This document shows positions 1 through 9,669 of a stretch of DNA of 64,000 bases, in pieces (position 1 is the stretch's first letter; every line of letters begins with the position of its first letter). The DNA lies in IMG/VR virus record IMGVR_UViG_3300010430_000022, positions 1 through 64,000 of that record; one strand, given 5' to 3'. The notes beneath the pieces are model-generated. The model made no database searches, was not told the DNA's origin, and saw only the letters and a list, made by a program, of their open reading frames with translations. The stretch comes from a virus. The position numbers were made by a program, and so were the translations under genes.

Positions 1-114
1 GCGACGGTCATTACTAACAAGGGTCCTGTGCAAGCAGACCAAGTCGTTATTGGTGTCTACGTTCGATGTGGGACCGCGATGTTCTGCCGCGTTGACGACA
101 TCGCAGCACTCTAG
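1..114 (+). CDS. 5'-truncated small half-Hint-like protein (paralog of 6465, 11202, 1574)
   Basis: Frame 1 reads ATVITNKGPVQADQVVIGVYVRCGTAMFCRVDDIAAL*; matches the T/S-x-x-GP-x-x-AD-x-VV-x-G motif of the other small ORFs; followed by GGAG RBS of the next gene. Confidence 0.65.
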   Translation, partial: ATVITNKGPVQADQVVIGVYVRCGTAMFCRVDDIAAL

Positions 115-125
115 GAGTAGTCCGC

Positions 126-1574
126 ATGGCTAATACATTCCTCACTCTCCGAAACAGCGACACAAGCGTTCAGTTGTTCTTCCACGACGGGCAGAACATC
201 AGCCCCACCGGTCTGGGTGCGCTACCGGGTGCAATCCTAGAGCCGATCATCTCAGCGGACCGGGGTAACACAAAGCAGATCAATCGAACATGGGTGCTCC
301 TCGATTCGATCTTTGCTCTCAACAACGGGATCATCTACGAGAGTACCGACGAGGGGGCCACCTTCGCGGTCGATCACACCTTGGTCGATACCACGCCAGG
401 TGACGATCAGATGGCTCAGGGGGTGGGCCCCATTCCGGTCATGGTGCTAGGCGCCCTGAAGCTCATTGGTGCCTACATAACGGATACCACTGAAATTGGG
501 ATCATGACCTACGACGTCGCTGCCGGTACATGGGCTAGCGTGAATACGGGAATCTCATCCGTCAACGTCTCTCGTGGCAACACACTTCCTATCTTCTTCA
601 ACGGCCTGGTCTATTTCCGGTGTGGTCAGGTCTTTGGGGCCTACGATCCGGTTTCTACCGGAACCATCTCGCTTTCCTCCTCGCTTGTCGTTAACGCGTA
701 TGGATCCGATCAGATCATCGAGTGGAACGGAGCGCTGTGGTCTGGCCCACATCAAGAGGTCACCGCGAACGCAGGTATGGCGCGTCTCGTTGGATCAACA
801 TGGGACATCGACACCAATGGTGCTGATTTCAGCGTAGGCGCTACGCAGACCCCTCGACGCACCTCCAAGTCCGGGGTCTTCATCGATCCGGTTACGAACA
901 ACCTGATCGTGATGTGGACTTCGAACACACAGGTCTTCAGAGTGATGAGAATCACTCCTGGACTCGTGGTGACTGACATCACTGGCACCGTTGCCGGAGC
1001 CGGCTTGGCGGCGCTCGGCGCCTTTAGCCTCAATACTCGGTTCTGGCCGCACATCACGCGCTCCCCTGGTGGTGCCTACTCAGTTGTCATCTACGCCGCC
1101 CGTGGTGCTGATCCAACTGATCCCGTCGAGAAGTTTGAATGGGTCGATGACGCGACACAGATCACTGAAGATGGGATCGTCGGCGGCTCTGGAGAGATGG
1201 CTTTCCCTTACGCTATCGACGGCGGTGACCAGTATGGGTTCTTCGCTGCCGAGAAGCGCGTTGCTCAGACTGCGCAGGCTGCAAACCCCACCGGGATTAC
1301 GGTTACTTGCGAGGCTTTTCAGCAGGGCGGAACGACCCTCTCGGTACGCGGTCACTTCGACAAAGAAGGCGTTGACGCCAACAGCTTGACGCTGTCGCCC
1401 ATGACCTTGAGTAATCCCACAGGAACAGGTGGTCTTTCGGTGAGCGGCGTCAATCCAGGTGCGCAGATCGATGGTGTTCCTGCTGACCGGACTCCGATCA
1501 GCATGGACTGGAACCAGGTCACAGACGGCTTCGCCACAGGCGACAACTACAACTTCCAGCTTGAGGCGCTGTAG
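126..1574 (+). CDS. Virion beta-rich (putative propeller + C-terminal beta-sandwich) protein, paralog family A #1
   Basis: 482 aa, Gly/Thr/aromatic-rich; shares FEWV..GG...A.P...GG and C-terminal W...DG motifs with six other paralogs; RBS present. Confidence 0.7.
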   Translation: MANTFLTLRNSDTSVQLFFHDGQNISPTGLGALPGAILEPIISADRGNTKQINRTWVLLDSIFALNNGIIYESTDEGATFAVDHTLVDTTPGDDQMAQGVGPIPVMVLGALKLIGAYITDTTEIGIMTYDVAAGTWASVNTGISSVNVSRGNTLPIFFNGLVYFRCGQVFGAYDPVSTGTISLSSSLVVNAYGSDQIIEWNGALWSGPHQEVTANAGMARLVGSTWDIDTNGADFSVGATQTPRRTSKSGVFIDPVTNNLIVMWTSNTQVFRVMRITPGLVVTDITGTVAGAGLAALGAFSLNTRFWPHITRSPGGAYSVVIYAARGADPTDPVEKFEWVDDATQITEDGIVGGSGEMAFPYAIDGGDQYGFFAAEKRVAQTAQAANPTGITVTCEAFQQGGTTLSVRGHFDKEGVDANSLTLSPMTLSNPTGTGGLSVSGVNPGAQIDGVPADRTPISMDWNQVTDGFATGDNYNFQLEAL

Positions 1575-1774
1575 TGGCGAAGATCCTGGAACTACGCACC
1601 GATCAAGGTGAGTTCGTGACGCGGAGCTTTCAGGATCCTGCGCCGGTTTTCTACATCGAACACGATCCCAGTGTTCCAGTCGTCCGAAGGAGCTTCGCTG
1701 ACCTTCGGATTGGTGATCGCGTCGCCACAGAGCCGCACCACTTCATGGAACTCCTGAACATGAGGGTGACCTAA
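1574..1774 (+). CDS. Small half-Hint-like protein
   Basis: 66 aa, start and stop overlap both neighbours; ADLRIGDRV motif. Confidence 0.6.
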   Translation: MAKILELRTDQGEFVTRSFQDPAPVFYIEHDPSVPVVRRSFADLRIGDRVATEPHHFMELLNMRVT

Positions 1775-3312
1775 TGCCTCAAATGCTCGCCTGCCGTTGG
1801 AACGCCTATGGCGGAAATACTCAAATCCAACCGTTGCGGAACAACAACGGCTCTTTCACTGCGTTTGGGAATCCTTACACCCCGGCTAGCCTTGGAACCA
1901 ACGTGACCGGCCACGTCAAGCAAAACTTGGTGGTGCAGTTCGGTGACGAGTTCTACTGCTCTGGTGGTCGCGAGATTCGCGTCTACAACCCATCAACCGG
2001 CAACTGGGACGTCGACGTCGCCAACACAGGTGTCCACGGAAATAACGATGCAGGGCTTTATATCGGACGTGGGCCTACAGGAGCACCTAGGCTTGCGCTG
2101 CTCAATCGGAACGTCTCCAACCGACTCCACGTTCATACACTCGACACGCCGGGCGGTGCTTGGAACGCACCCGTTGATTCCGGTATCGGCGCCAGTTCCC
2201 AGACATGGCCCGGCATTAGCGGCTTGGTCTACAACAACACGCTCTTCTTGGGAGACCGAGGATACGTGGTCTCATACGGGTTCGCCTCGGAGGCGTTCGC
2301 GCGACAACAAATCGTCACCACTGTCTCCCATGACGGCCCCCAGGCATTCTGTCGTGCCGGTGCCAGACTGTTCATGTACAGCTACCCCACGTCTTCGGCA
2401 GCCAATTACGGAAGGATCTACGAGTACATCGGCGGCAGCTTCGTCATAGTTTTTGACGGCACCGCCACCCAAGTATTGCCGAGGCTCGGTAGTGCTGGAG
2501 CAAACTCACAATGTGAGGTGATGTTCTTCGACGAGGCCAGCGCTTCGCTGATCGTTGTGGCGTATCAAGACACGGCGACGGTGAGCACCATCAGCCCCGG
2601 TACTGGTCCAGGAGACTCGAACCCCGGCGGCAATGGTCTGCACATCGTTCAGGTGCCCATCGCAACATTTACTGAAGTCAATCTCACAGGAACGGTTCCG
2701 CCTATCGGGACGAGAAGTCCGGGAGCACTCGATCCTGTCGGAGACGTACGCCTGTGCGTCGAAGTCGACACCGATACGAATCCTCTCGTCCCTGTGACCT
2801 ACATCTGGTACTGCGTTGCTCACGGTGCGTGGGCTCGATTCCAATGGAACGGCGTCGGCTCTATCATGACCGTGCTCGGCTCGGGGGGTGATCGTGGTAT
2901 CGCGCTCTCACACAACCCGAACGGTGGTGGGCAATACTTCTTGGATCCGACGACGACGATCAGTCCGACCTATCACATCGAGGAGGTCCAGGCGCGGGTG
3001 CCGATCACAAACGGCACGCGGGTCTTCTTGCGCGGCTACCAGATCGACGAGACTGGTGGTGTTCCAACACCGTCTGACGAGACCGTTGGTCTCTACTGGG
3101 GGCTCGCTGACCAGACCCCCAACAACCTCGCTACGATCAGTAACGCTGTGAAGGTGAGCGGTCCCGGAACTGCTCCCATCCTCGCAGGCAACAAGTTCAC
3201 CAACTTCACCTTCGACGGCACCACGATCTACTCCGTCGATTGGGACGCCGTTGGAAGCGATGGGCTCGCCAACCAACAGCAGCACATGCTGATGCCGCAT
3301 GTTGAGGTCTAG
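1774..3312 (+). CDS. Virion beta-rich protein, family A #2
   Basis: 512 aa; VVQFGDEFY, FQWNG..GGD, YSVDWDA..DG family motifs. Confidence 0.7.
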   Translation: MPQMLACRWNAYGGNTQIQPLRNNNGSFTAFGNPYTPASLGTNVTGHVKQNLVVQFGDEFYCSGGREIRVYNPSTGNWDVDVANTGVHGNNDAGLYIGRGPTGAPRLALLNRNVSNRLHVHTLDTPGGAWNAPVDSGIGASSQTWPGISGLVYNNTLFLGDRGYVVSYGFASEAFARQQIVTTVSHDGPQAFCRAGARLFMYSYPTSSAANYGRIYEYIGGSFVIVFDGTATQVLPRLGSAGANSQCEVMFFDEASASLIVVAYQDTATVSTISPGTGPGDSNPGGNGLHIVQVPIATFTEVNLTGTVPPIGTRSPGALDPVGDVRLCVEVDTDTNPLVPVTYIWYCVAHGAWARFQWNGVGSIMTVLGSGGDRGIALSHNPNGGGQYFLDPTTTISPTYHIEEVQARVPITNGTRVFLRGYQIDETGGVPTPSDETVGLYWGLADQTPNNLATISNAVKVSGPGTAPILAGNKFTNFTFDGTTIYSVDWDAVGSDGLANQQQHMLMPHVEV

Positions 3313-3317
3313 TTCTC

Positions 3318-4265
3318 GTGCCCCACGCCGGTCCAGTCACAGAACAATCGTTGGCGGTGCTCCAGCATAATCACGCTGGGGCCGTTGTACAAGAGGCGCT
3401 CGCTGTAACGCCGACGACGTTCGCTGGTCCGGTTCTGATAGAAAACCTCGACGCGTTGGCAACTGCCTTCGCTGGTCCGATTCAAGATGGAATCTTGGAC
3501 GCGCCTCCGCCCTACTTCGGCGCCCCCACAGGTGGGCCTCAAACACTTCTGGCCGCCACTCAGACCTATTCAGGGCCGACGTCCGGGCAGGCCAGTATCC
3601 CCCCACCTCGTGGATTCGGAGGAACAACTGAGGGGGCGTTCCCTCCGGCCCCGGGCGGCTCGTTCTCGGGCACTACAGCAGGTAGCGCGGCTATTCCCCC
3701 AAATCAGACCTTCTCAGGCCCTACAGAAGGTCGCGCGGTCGTCACCGTTCGAGGCTATTCGGGCCCTACAGCAGGCCGCTCGTCGAACATTCCGCCTGTT
3801 AGAGGATTCGGCGCGGCAACAGGTGGCGTCGTCGCTGGCATCCCTCAGCCTGAGAATTTGACGGCCACTGTGGTCGACGCCGGCTGTATTCGTCTGGACT
3901 GGGTTGATCCCAGTGACGAAGAGACGGGCTACAGGCTAGAGCGCTCTCTAGAGAACGCGAACGATTGGGAAACCATTGCTGATCTCCCAGAGGACGCAGA
4001 GACCTTCCTTGATCGTTTTGCCGTTCCGCTCACGGTTTACGACTATCGGGTGATTGGCTTCAACGAAGTCAGAGAGTCGGTGCCGTCGAACATCGCGACT
4101 GCGGTGACGCCTCTTCCTCCGGACATCTCTACAGGTCCCCCTCCTTCAGCACCCGTCGATCCTCCGAGGAACCAGATCGAACCCGATGTCGTCGAGTTCA
4201 AGAGTCCAGGGAGCTACGGACTGGAGAAGGACGAAGACGGGAACGTGACCGGCTTCAAGTTCTAA
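3318..4265 (+). CDS. Pro/Gly-rich repeat protein with fibronectin type III domain and GFKF C-terminal tail (family B #1)
   Basis: [FY][SG]GxTxG repeats; FN3 pattern P.NL.A...I.L.W.D....ETGY.LER...Y.YRV...N; ends SPGSYGLEKDEDGNVTGFKF. Confidence 0.75.
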   Translation: MPHAGPVTEQSLAVLQHNHAGAVVQEALAVTPTTFAGPVLIENLDALATAFAGPIQDGILDAPPPYFGAPTGGPQTLLAATQTYSGPTSGQASIPPPRGFGGTTEGAFPPAPGGSFSGTTAGSAAIPPNQTFSGPTEGRAVVTVRGYSGPTAGRSSNIPPVRGFGAATGGVVAGIPQPENLTATVVDAGCIRLDWVDPSDEETGYRLERSLENANDWETIADLPEDAETFLDRFAVPLTVYDYRVIGFNEVRESVPSNIATAVTPLPPDISTGPPPSAPVDPPRNQIEPDVVEFKSPGSYGLEKDEDGNVTGFKF

Positions 4266-4330
4266 AGGGTGATAGGGGGTAAGAGCGGGCAAGCGTAGAG
4301 GTTAAGATCGGGGATTAGCGGAGGTGAAAC

Positions 4331-5770
4331 ATGCCGAACTTCTTGTTCATGGACAATAAGACTGGGGCTGGGGGCGTCGTCTGCGCCGCGTTCCAGTACG
4401 TCAACAGCAGCCCCACGCAAATCGGCGACACGTTCGGACAAGAGATCGGTGGATTGGTCAACGGGTGCGACCGGAACGCGATCATCCAGTTCCAGGGTGA
4501 ACTCTACGCCCTTGCCAAGGACGGGGTGTACAAGAAGGACGACCCGACGGTTCTCGCGGGCCCTTGGACGATCCAGGTCACGTTCGCGTTCGGTGTCAGT
4601 GGCCTCGCCACCGGCCTCTATCCGGTAGAGATCGCCGGGGTGGCGTACTTGGTGGCCGCTTTCCGGACGACTGATTCCTCCAACACCTGGCGCTGGGCGA
4701 AGTTCGACGGAACGACGTGGACGCAGCCTGCGTCGAGCGTCTTCCTTGGATTCGGTAACCTCTTGATCGACTCGCTCGTCTACCGGGGTGTGCTTCATAT
4801 CGTTTGTGCGAGCACCACCAACCCGTCGGCGTACACGTTTGACCCGGGGACCGAGAGTTTTGCCGTAATCGCAGACCCGTTCGCCAACAGCATGATGGAC
4901 CAGGGTTTGTGCATATTCGACGACAGGCTGTTCTGCTTCTTCAGGAACGCGTTCGGCGACATGAAGATCGCTGAGTTCGTCGGCGGGACTTGGTCTGAGG
5001 TCTTGACGCTCGTCTCCGGGAACTTGACGGCCAATGTCGACGAGGGCAAGTCGGCGCTGTTCACCGACGGCGTGAACATGTACGTGATCGGCCTCTGGAA
5101 TGCTCCCGCTGTTGGGTTCCGGGCCTATCAGATCGACAGCGCACTGGCGGTCACGGAGATCACGAACGCGATTCTGCCGAACTCGTTCAAGAGCACCAGC
5201 GACCCAGGAGGCTCCTTTGTAGCCGGGCTTGCCCAGGGGATCGAGTACAGGTGGCTTCCGGTCTACGACGCGGACACCGCACCTGCGTCGGCGGCGATCT
5301 ACATCTTCCAGGCGATTGACGCTGTTCTCGGCACCTCGTTCACCATGTGGCAGTGGAATGGTCCGGCGGCGCTGCTTACCTCGGTCGACTCTGGAGGAGA
5401 CGTCGGCCACGCTGTTCCGAGCAACCTGCCACAAGGAGGCTGCCGAATCTTCACCCCCGGAGAACTGGATGTGAAGATCGCGAGTCGTCAGGGAGTGCTC
5501 GGCGGCGAGGAGATCACTTTCCGCGCCTATGGAGGAGGCACCGGGCGGAAGTTCAAGATGTTCTACTCGATTGGTGGCGACCCTGACCTCATTGAGGCAA
5601 CACTCATCGCCCCGGTCACAGGTGGGAGCGCCACTTTCAACGTCGGCCTCAATCAGGTCGAAGGTATCGCTGCGGATGGTGCGACGGACTACACCATCAT
5701 CTGGGACATTGGCACCGACGGTGTGACGGCTGGGACAATCCTAGACCGCTTCCCGCAGATCACTGTGTGA
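4331..5770 (+). CDS. Virion beta-rich protein, family A #3
   Basis: 479 aa; IIQFQGELYAL, WQWNG, YTIIWD..DG; closest paralog of 8228..9661; GGAGG RBS. Confidence 0.75.
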   Translation: MPNFLFMDNKTGAGGVVCAAFQYVNSSPTQIGDTFGQEIGGLVNGCDRNAIIQFQGELYALAKDGVYKKDDPTVLAGPWTIQVTFAFGVSGLATGLYPVEIAGVAYLVAAFRTTDSSNTWRWAKFDGTTWTQPASSVFLGFGNLLIDSLVYRGVLHIVCASTTNPSAYTFDPGTESFAVIADPFANSMMDQGLCIFDDRLFCFFRNAFGDMKIAEFVGGTWSEVLTLVSGNLTANVDEGKSALFTDGVNMYVIGLWNAPAVGFRAYQIDSALAVTEITNAILPNSFKSTSDPGGSFVAGLAQGIEYRWLPVYDADTAPASAAIYIFQAIDAVLGTSFTMWQWNGPAALLTSVDSGGDVGHAVPSNLPQGGCRIFTPGELDVKIASRQGVLGGEEITFRAYGGGTGRKFKMFYSIGGDPDLIEATLIAPVTGGSATFNVGLNQVEGIAADGATDYTIIWDIGTDGVTAGTILDRFPQITV

Positions 5771-5778
5771 GCTAAGCG

Positions 5779-6456
5779 ATGCCTCTCGGACCTCCTAGCT
5801 CTGGCGCAGTTGCGAGCGTAGTCACAACCACGCTCGGACCGCCGTCGTCGAGTGCGGTTGCGGCAATTCCTCTGTCTACGCTCGGACCGCCGTCTAGTGG
5901 TCCGGCATTATTCATTCCCTCGGCGTCCTTCGGTCCTGTTGCCGATCAGTTCATCTCTGCTGACCCCGACGACTCGACCGGCCCCGTCTTCGATCACACA
6001 GTTGGGGCAGTACCTCTCTCCTCTTCTGGTCCTGTCTCGGACCAGGCCCTAGCGCACAGACCTCTCGATTCAGTGGGGCCTGTCTACGATCACACCATTC
6101 AAGCGCGCCCAGGAGCCTCTCTCGGCCCAGTCAATGACGACTGGCTCAGTCCGACTGCCAATAGCAATACCGGGCCTGTCTTCGATCACGATATTGAGGC
6201 CATCATTGGTGGGATCCCTGCTCATGGCCCGGTCGATGATAGTTTTGTATTCGCGGGGATCTCTGTTCACGGGCCCGTTTTCGATCACATCATCGCCGCC
6301 CCTCCGCCCCCTCTAGAGGTCAGGGACCCCGACGCTGCCACTGGTCCAGATCCGATCAGGAATCAGATCGTGCCGGATGAGTTGGAGATTCTCAGTCCTG
6401 GTATTTACGGAGTGGCGAAGGATGATGAAGGTGCTGTCACCGGGTTCAAGTTCTAG
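5779..6456 (+). CDS. Repeat protein (LGPPSS x3, GPVxD x8) with GFKF tail (family B #2)
   Basis: ~17-aa periodic GPVxD repeats; ends RNQIVPDELEILSPGIYGVAKDDEGAVTGFKF. Confidence 0.7.
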   Translation: MPLGPPSSGAVASVVTTTLGPPSSSAVAAIPLSTLGPPSSGPALFIPSASFGPVADQFISADPDDSTGPVFDHTVGAVPLSSSGPVSDQALAHRPLDSVGPVYDHTIQARPGASLGPVNDDWLSPTANSNTGPVFDHDIEAIIGGIPAHGPVDDSFVFAGISVHGPVFDHIIAAPPPPLEVRDPDAATGPDPIRNQIVPDELEILSPGIYGVAKDDEGAVTGFKF

Positions 6457-6464
6457 GAGGTTCC

Positions 6465-6641
6465 ATGGCTGTTACATTTGATCTAGGAAATGGAACTACC
6501 TGCTCTGTTCAGGACAACTCTCAGATCGTCCAGACTCACGATGGCCCAAAGCAGGCTGACCAAGTCGTGCAGGGTGATCGCATCTGTAACATCACCGGCG
6601 AGCCCTTTGTCGAGGTCGTCGCACCACCGGTCGTGTCCTAA
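6465..6641 (+). CDS. Small half-Hint-like protein (58 aa, absent from the ORF track)
   Basis: AGGAGG RBS; MAVTFDLGNGTTCSVQDNSQIVQTHDGPKQADQVVQGDRICNITGEPFVEVVAPPVVS*; TAATG overlap with the next gene. Confidence 0.75.
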   Translation: MAVTFDLGNGTTCSVQDNSQIVQTHDGPKQADQVVQGDRICNITGEPFVEVVAPPVVS

Positions 6642-8215
6642 TGGCTAACAGTCCTCCTACCGTCAATGTCCTCAAGTACAAGGGGGCCGGCAACATTCAG
6701 GTCTACCCATTGCTTCCGACGCAACTTGTAGGTACGCAAGACGGCTCAGACGTGGGTACCGGTGGCCCAGGACTCGCTTTCCTAGAAGTACCACCGGCTG
6801 GTACTTTCGTGCATAGCAGGCTCATTGAGTTTCTCGATGATCGCTTCGCTCTCACAAGAGCCAACACCATCGGCAACGCCGGTGTCTACAAGAAGGCCCA
6901 GGGCGGCGCCGGAGCCTGGGGAAGGGTGCAGGGCGGTGGTTCTAGCATCAGCGTTCCAAGTACTTGCACCGGGATGCACATCCTGCATCCTGCCGGCGTT
7001 CCTACACTCGCTCTCTTGATCCGCGATAACCTCCACGAGATGCGCTTGCACTCTACGGTTGATGGCACCACAGGAGCTAACTGGGGTGGGGCGGCCGGTC
7101 TTATAGTCGAGACAAACTCTAGTTCACCCGCCACTGTTGGGCAGTCTCTTGTGTTCCGCGACGCCATCGTGTGGGCACACCAGTCGTATACCGGGGGCGC
7201 CGGAACCGGCAGCATTACTCTCTACGACATCAATCTGGGAATTCTGACGCGCTACAGTCTTTCCGGGATCCAAACCAGTACGCTCGCCGCTTCTATGGCG
7301 CTGCACGTTCATGACAACGTGTTGTTCTATCTAGCTTGCACGACGGCGTCCGGGTCACCCTATCGAGTCTGGAGGCTACAAGGAGGTAGCTTCGTAACTG
7401 CCTATACCGACACGACACAGGGTGGTGGATTCATTCTTTCGTCTTCGCTCGGGCACAGCGCGATGTTCACCGACGCCGCTACCGGGGATTTGATTATTCT
7501 CATGACCGGGGTCACCCTCGCAGGTACGCCGACCGCAAAGGTAGTTCGGCTTCAGGATGCTACTGGATCACCGACTCCAACCGACATTACCTCAACGATC
7601 CTAGGCGCAACGGAGGGGGCCAATAAGTATCTGGTTGGTGGAGGGTCGGTTAGCGATGATCGTCGCTGGGTCGTCAACGTAGACAACGATACCGACCCTC
7701 TCAACCCACGCACCTTCCTGTGGACCTGGGACCCAACAGGGGCAGGAATTACGGAGTGCTGGGAGTGGAAGGGCGTCGGAGCAGAGATTGAAGCGGTTGC
7801 CCTGCTTCAAGGCGTCAGTGATGATTTCGCTTTGCCATATAACACCGTTGGAGGTGGTCACCGCTCTCCGCGCATCGCTGCTGTCGAGATCGGAGACATC
7901 GCCAACGACGTAGCAGAGGTCGTCGGCGGAACCAAGTTCTTCTTCCGAGGGCGCGGAAGCTCTTCTGCCGGGACAGTGACCTTCTACGGGACAGACACAG
8001 AAGGTACGCCCTCGACAATCGTGCCCATCGTGGCAGCTTCGCTGACGGTCGAGAGCGGCTCCCCTCCAACGACTCCCACGATCTCGGGCAACACGCTCAT
8101 CAACTTCACGCCGGACAACGGTGCCACGCTCTACTCCGTGATCCTCGACGTCGGCGCAGCAGGGGTCGACATCGGCGAGGGCGATGTCGGGCTTCTACTC
8201 GCGAAGCTCAGCTAA
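6641..8215 (+). CDS. Virion beta-rich protein, family A #4
   Basis: 524 aa; LIEFLDDRFAL, WEWKG, ALP...GGG, NFTPD.G.TLYSV motifs. Confidence 0.7.
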   Translation: MANSPPTVNVLKYKGAGNIQVYPLLPTQLVGTQDGSDVGTGGPGLAFLEVPPAGTFVHSRLIEFLDDRFALTRANTIGNAGVYKKAQGGAGAWGRVQGGGSSISVPSTCTGMHILHPAGVPTLALLIRDNLHEMRLHSTVDGTTGANWGGAAGLIVETNSSSPATVGQSLVFRDAIVWAHQSYTGGAGTGSITLYDINLGILTRYSLSGIQTSTLAASMALHVHDNVLFYLACTTASGSPYRVWRLQGGSFVTAYTDTTQGGGFILSSSLGHSAMFTDAATGDLIILMTGVTLAGTPTAKVVRLQDATGSPTPTDITSTILGATEGANKYLVGGGSVSDDRRWVVNVDNDTDPLNPRTFLWTWDPTGAGITECWEWKGVGAEIEAVALLQGVSDDFALPYNTVGGGHRSPRIAAVEIGDIANDVAEVVGGTKFFFRGRGSSSAGTVTFYGTDTEGTPSTIVPIVAASLTVESGSPPTTPTISGNTLINFTPDNGATLYSVILDVGAAGVDIGEGDVGLLLAKLS

Positions 8216-8227
8216 GGAGGGCCTGAT

Positions 8228-9661
8228 ATGCCTGCATTTCTCTTCGTGGACGCAAAGACCGGCGCTGGCGGCGCCACCAACGCAGCCTTCCGCTACGTCA
8301 ACGCTACCCCCCAGCAGATCGGCAATACCTTCGGCGCCGACTTCATTAGTCCTGACTCAATCAGCGCCCCCAGGAATGGGTTGATCCAGTTCCAAGGTGA
8401 GCTTTACGCCATGGTTCGCGACGGGATCTTTCAGAAGGACGATCCCACCTCTATGACCGGGGCCTGGTCATCCGCACTTGTGTTCACCTCAACTGACGCC
8501 AGCGACGTTAGGACGACTGGGCTTTACCCGATGGAGATTGCTGGGGTCCAGAATCTCGTCGGCGTCTTTGGGTCGGGATCAGATACCACCTGGAAGTGGG
8601 TCAAGTTCGACGGGACGACGTGGACCCAAGGTGGCGGTGTTGCTATCGGACTCTCGATCCAGAGGATCCACGACGTGGTGGTCTGGAATGGAGTCCTTTA
8701 CTGGGTTGGCAGCGCGGGCGGCACAGCCACCGTCACGTCGTTCGATCCAGGATCTGACAGCTTTTCGTCTAGCACCCCTTTTGGGGCGTCCAGTGTCTAC
8801 AACATTCACTGCTTCTGCATTTATCAGGGCCGCCTGTTCATGCTGGACTCCATAACCGGCGACGCTTACCTCACGGAGTTCGTCGGCGGTGTATGGGTGA
8901 ACGCCTACGGCATGACGTTCCTCAACAACGCCGGGTTCTCGCAGGCCAACACAAAGTGGTGCCTATTCACCGACGGCACGAACATGTACGCGTTCGTCAT
9001 GCGCGACAATACAGCGGGCTGGAAGGCGTATGAGTTCGACAGCAGCCTGGTGCTTACCGAGATCACCAACACGGTCCTTCCGGCAGCCCTCAAGTCTCCC
9101 ATTGACGGTGGGTCGTTCCCGAATCTTCCGAGCGGCCCCAGGTGCGTGGTCTGCTACGACGTGGACAGCGTCCCAGGCTCCACGTCGATCTACCTCTACT
9201 TCGCGGTCAACAGCAACACCGGCACCGCCCTCACCATGTTCCAGTGGAACGGAAATGCGGCTCTACTGACCTCAGTGGACACAGGAGGTGACGCTTGGCA
9301 TTCTCCGCCCAGTGGCTATTCGAACCACGGCGAGCGCATTTGGACTGCTGGTGAGCTAGACATTAGGATCACCTCGCGCATGTCTGTGTTAGGTGGCGAG
9401 CAGATCTTCTTCACTTGCTACGGCGGCGGCACTGGTCGAAAGATGAAGCTCTACTACTCGGTCGACGGCGAGCCGCTACTTACCGAGGCCGCGCTCATTG
9501 GACCGGTTACAGGCGGTTCGGCGACTCTCAATACTGGAATGAACCAGGTCGAAGACATCGACGCCGACGGCTCCACTATCTACTCGATCATCTGGGACGC
9601 GCCTACTGATGGAATCACCTTTGGGCAGAGGGTTAATCGCGCTCCCCAGGTCTTTGTGTAG
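8228..9661 (+). CDS. Virion beta-rich protein, family A #5
   Basis: 477 aa; LIQFQGELYAM; colinear with 4331..5770; AAGGAGG RBS. Confidence 0.75.
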   Translation: MPAFLFVDAKTGAGGATNAAFRYVNATPQQIGNTFGADFISPDSISAPRNGLIQFQGELYAMVRDGIFQKDDPTSMTGAWSSALVFTSTDASDVRTTGLYPMEIAGVQNLVGVFGSGSDTTWKWVKFDGTTWTQGGGVAIGLSIQRIHDVVVWNGVLYWVGSAGGTATVTSFDPGSDSFSSSTPFGASSVYNIHCFCIYQGRLFMLDSITGDAYLTEFVGGVWVNAYGMTFLNNAGFSQANTKWCLFTDGTNMYAFVMRDNTAGWKAYEFDSSLVLTEITNTVLPAALKSPIDGGSFPNLPSGPRCVVCYDVDSVPGSTSIYLYFAVNSNTGTALTMFQWNGNAALLTSVDTGGDAWHSPPSGYSNHGERIWTAGELDIRITSRMSVLGGEQIFFTCYGGGTGRKMKLYYSVDGEPLLTEAALIGPVTGGSATLNTGMNQVEDIDADGSTIYSIIWDAPTDGITFGQRVNRAPQVFV

Positions 9662-9669
9662 GAGGACTG